The notes below the pieces were generated by a model. The model searched no databases. It worked only from the letters and a program-made list of their open reading frames with translations, and was not told the DNA's origin. The position numbers were made by a program, and so were the translations under genes. DNA of 56,391 nucleotides, counting the filler, from Platydemus manokwari (Eukaryota), in NCBI GenBank assembly GCA_037951405.1. It is 5 parts of 5 records of this genome, joined end to end, with 100 filler letters (N's around TTAATTAATTAA, not from the genome) between each part and the next. Parts side by side here need not be neighbours in the genome. Positions count along the whole stretch, not along the records: positions 44,439 to 56,391 come from JBBMOY010377778.1; 4 more parts are not named here. One strand, given 5' to 3'. Positions 53,212 through 56,391 of this stretch are shown here, piece by piece; positions within the stretch are counted from its first letter, which is position 1; each line of letters opens with the position of its first letter.

Positions 53212-55011
53212 TGTTCAAACTTTGATAAATCTTTAAAATAAAATGGGAGAATTGATGATTTTTCATACATTTTTAAATTCTTTATAAAATAAAAACAAAC
53301 GTTCTACTTTTTATAAACATGTTACGTTTGAGCATGATTCTTATTGGTATAGGAAAAACTGTTCTATTTATGAGCTAGAAGTTTGAGCAATTTAACTATC
53401 AACCGTACATATAAGCTATGAATCAGTTCATAAACTTTTACATCTTGCGCTCAAGCTACAGTATTAACACTATATGATCGGCATCAATAGCGGTTACGTG
53501 AGCGGCTGTAGCAATTTTCTTATCTTGATATACTTTAAAACTTTCAATACTATCACTTAGACTGAGTATTTATATTTATAACCAGTAATGGCAACTTTTA
53601 AATGTTTAAATATAAAAACACAAATTACACATGAAAAAATAAAAAAATCAAGAAAAAAGAGATGTTAAGCTACATATAAATAAAATTATTCACCAAATTA
53701 TTTACTGCCTTGTTAAAATAATAAATGTTCCCATCGGAATTTAATCTAAAATAAGTTTTGATTGAAATGTTGATTTGATTGAATGAATATTATTGGATGG
53801 GTCGATTCTCAACACAAAAATACATTACATACACACACATTGCAGCAGAATTATCAATCACGTCAATAAGATACTCGGCAAGAATCTGGCATCTGCACTG
53901 CTCCAATATCTATATCGGCAAAGAGGAGCCATAATGAATGAATGATGTGTATGCTTGTTGTACGAATTGTTTTTTCTGTTTTTTGTGGCCGCGCAGATTG
54001 AAATGTAAATTTCAAGGCTTGCCCATGCTGGCATATAATCTGATTGTACATAAAAAATTAAGCTTGTACATTTGTGTATAAGTATATGTTTTGGGGAAGT
54101 GGAATTTAATTGAGAAGATTAAAGCATAGTTTATAGTTCATACTTAAAATTGAATATTTTTATTTAAAGCAATGAGTTTTCAAAGAGGAAACCATGAATA
54201 TAATATGAGCTTGGGAATATTTTTATTTTATATCAGTCATCTTATTCATTTAAGAGCAATAGAAAAATCTCTTATTAATCTTCAAATAGTTTTCATAAGT
54301 TTAACTCCTATTTTTTAGACTCTCGAATTAATATTTAAGTAGCAGACATAAATTTATGATGTTGTTTCCAAAACAATGGAAACTACTGACAAAATATTTC
54401 AGTTTTTATAATAAATAACGACCTGATATATTTTGCCTTATCAAACGAGTTTTTTTTTTAACTTTTAGCGTTTTGAAAATAGATCACATGATTTGTAAAT
54501 TGTTAAATCTGCATTTAAAATCGGCTTAGAAATTTGCTTATCGAGTGAATGAAGGATATCTTAATCAAAGTTTGAGTTTAGGGATTTATTTTAATGTTTC
54601 CAGTTTATATTATCAAAAGATTCAGATAATTCAAGTCCTCTCATTTATTGCGGATTTTAATGCTATGATAAATTATTTCAAAATATTAAGCTTGAGAATA
54701 TCTACAAACTTCAACAATATTTCCCGATTTCAAGTTTTAATTTTGAAATATTTTTAAATAATAACTCTTATATTAACATTTTAGTTTAAATATATTGAAC
54801 AATAACTGCTTATAATAGTATTTTCCAAAATTCAAATATCATTTGAAAATTCATAATTAAACAAATTTAAATTAATTGAAATCTTTTTACAATAATATTT
54901 AACAAGAAGCTAACAATTGAATCATTTAAAACTCCATGAAAACCTAAGTGAAAATTTCCATAAAACAAATAACCAGTGAATAAATAGCCTATAAATTCAT
55001 TCATAAAACAG

Positions 55012-55554
55012 CTATTTATCATCTAATGCCTTAGTTAGAGCTTCCCAACATTCCAGAGCAATTTGATTTTCTGCTCTAACTTCATCTGAACTAGATGACG
55101 ACAAATCTTGTTGAGCCTTTGCTAATCCTTCTCGAACACACTCTCTGTCCAACATTTCAAGAGTAACAGCTTCTTCAGCAAGAATTTGAACCGAGGAATC
55201 ATCATTTACAGTTACTGTTCCACTGCTCACTATTTATTAATAGATTAATTTATATTAACTGAGTATTAATGAAAATTATTAACCAAAATATTTTTTCATA
55301 GTTCCATCTTCTTCAGTAACATTAACTATTCCAGGCTTTAAACAACTAAGTGTCGGTACGTGTTGGACAACTATACCAAATGAACCAGTTAGTGTTGGAA
55401 CATCAACTTGTTTTACAACCTTTTCCTGATAAAAAACCTGACCAGGTGAAGCGAATGTAAATGATAGCGCTGTTTCAGCATTCAACGATAAACTTGTCGA
55501 TATGGATCTTACCCTTTGAAAGAATCGAATTGGATTAATAAAACTACGTAACAT
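55012..55554 (-). CDS. ATP5F1D: Mitochondrial F1 ATP synthase subunit delta (2 exons)
   Basis: Exon 1 55554-55284 (presequence MLRSFINPIRFFQRVRSIS, then LSFTFASP..VFY...VKQVDVPT.TGSFGI...HVPTL..LKPG); 54-nt phase-1 intron 55283-55230; exon 2 55229-55012 (VSSGTVTVNDDSSVQILAEEA...RAENQIALE). Confidence 0.97.
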
Positions 55555-55699
55555 TGTAAAATTAAATCTCAATTTTAATAAAGTATTATTTACAAATAAA
55601 AATTTGTATTATTTAAACATGCAATCATTATATATAAAAGATCAAATATTTTTTTGAGTTAAATAATTAGTTTTCTTTTATTTACGTAGAAAATATTTT

Positions 55700-55940
55700 A
55701 ACAAAGCTAGGGTTTCATAATGAGTTTAACGACGTTTTGAAGTTAAAATTAAAAATAAAATTATAATTCAGGTTTTCATTAAAGATAATAATTTATTTCT
55801 GCACTAATGAAAATGAAAATGGCGTCAAATTAAACAAAGAAACCATTACGATTTTAATTATTATGATGACAAAAGCTACATATCTAATGACTAATTAAAT
55901 CTAAATCGAGATAAAATACACTGTTAGGGTTTCATGAAGA
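55700..55940. promoter_or_regulatory. Putative ATP5F1D upstream promoter motifs
   Basis: TAGGGTTTCAT twice (about 55708 and 55926) and YY1-like AAAATGGCG (about 55816) within 400 bp of the start codon. Confidence 0.3.
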
Positions 55941-56318
55941 TATAATAACAAAACAAAATTAAATAAAAATTTTGGTGTTATAGGATATACTGAATATCAC
56001 TTTCGATTAAATTGAAGCTAAAAATATAAGATTAGGTTGCGATTTTGTTCCCAGCAGAACCTGCTCGTATCAGATACGTAGGAAGTGTTTGAATCACTCT
56101 CTTGTACTAATAATAATATTTAAAATATAAATAGATAAGTAAAATATAAACTTATCCTGAAAAATATGAAAATAAATTATCAAATGAACGAATACAATAA
56201 TACAATATAAATCGGATTTTATAGTATATAATATAGTATAACAATATAACAATTAACTATCGAGATAGCTGTGGGCGCATAATAAAAACATAAAATTTTA
56301 CTTATCATTGTTGCAAAA

Positions 56319-56391
56319 TATTAGGTTGGTGCAAAAATAATGGCCGTTATCTAACAGCAACTTTAAAAGACTATAACTCGCTTAAAAAATA
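56319..56391 (+). mobile_element. Mariner (cecropia-subfamily-like) left terminal inverted repeat, truncated by window end
   Basis: TA|TTAGGTTGGTGCAAAAATAATGGCCGTT closely resembles the Hsmar1-type TIR TTAGGTTGGTGCAAAAGTAATTGCGGTT, preceded by a TA target site. Confidence 0.75.

Overview
AT-rich eukaryotic (animal) genomic DNA with short GT-AG introns (about 42-60 nt). A triclad flatworm (planarian) is the best guess, inferred from composition, intron size and TE content, not verified. The window is not contiguous: five contigs (1-13308, 13409-23210, 23311-34571, 34672-44338, 44439-56391) are joined by identical 100-nt linkers (44 N + TTAATTAATTAA + 44 N), so adjacency across linkers means nothing. 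Contig 1 holds a small single-TM, basic-tailed protein gene among decayed TE debris. Contig 2 appears gene-free, with TE relics only. Contig 3 holds a decayed NeSL-type RLE non-LTR retrotransposon (Ulp1 protease, RT, CCHC, PD-D/ExK nuclease) followed by a decayed Ty3/Gypsy gag-pol. Contig 4 holds a 4-exon LYRIC/metadherin-like gene and the 3' end of a nesprin-like spectrin-repeat gene. Contig 5 holds the 3' part of an SCO-spondin-like gene (LDLa, TSP1, TIL, cystine knot), mitochondrial ATP synthase delta and a mariner TIR. I found no convincing new multi-gene system. The most unusual observations are a 56-bp loopless palindrome inside the NeSL RT that encodes the same 19-aa peptide on both strands with only silent mismatches, and a spectrin-repeat tail with clustered LC8-type TQT motifs plus a KASH-like peptide lacking its TM helix.
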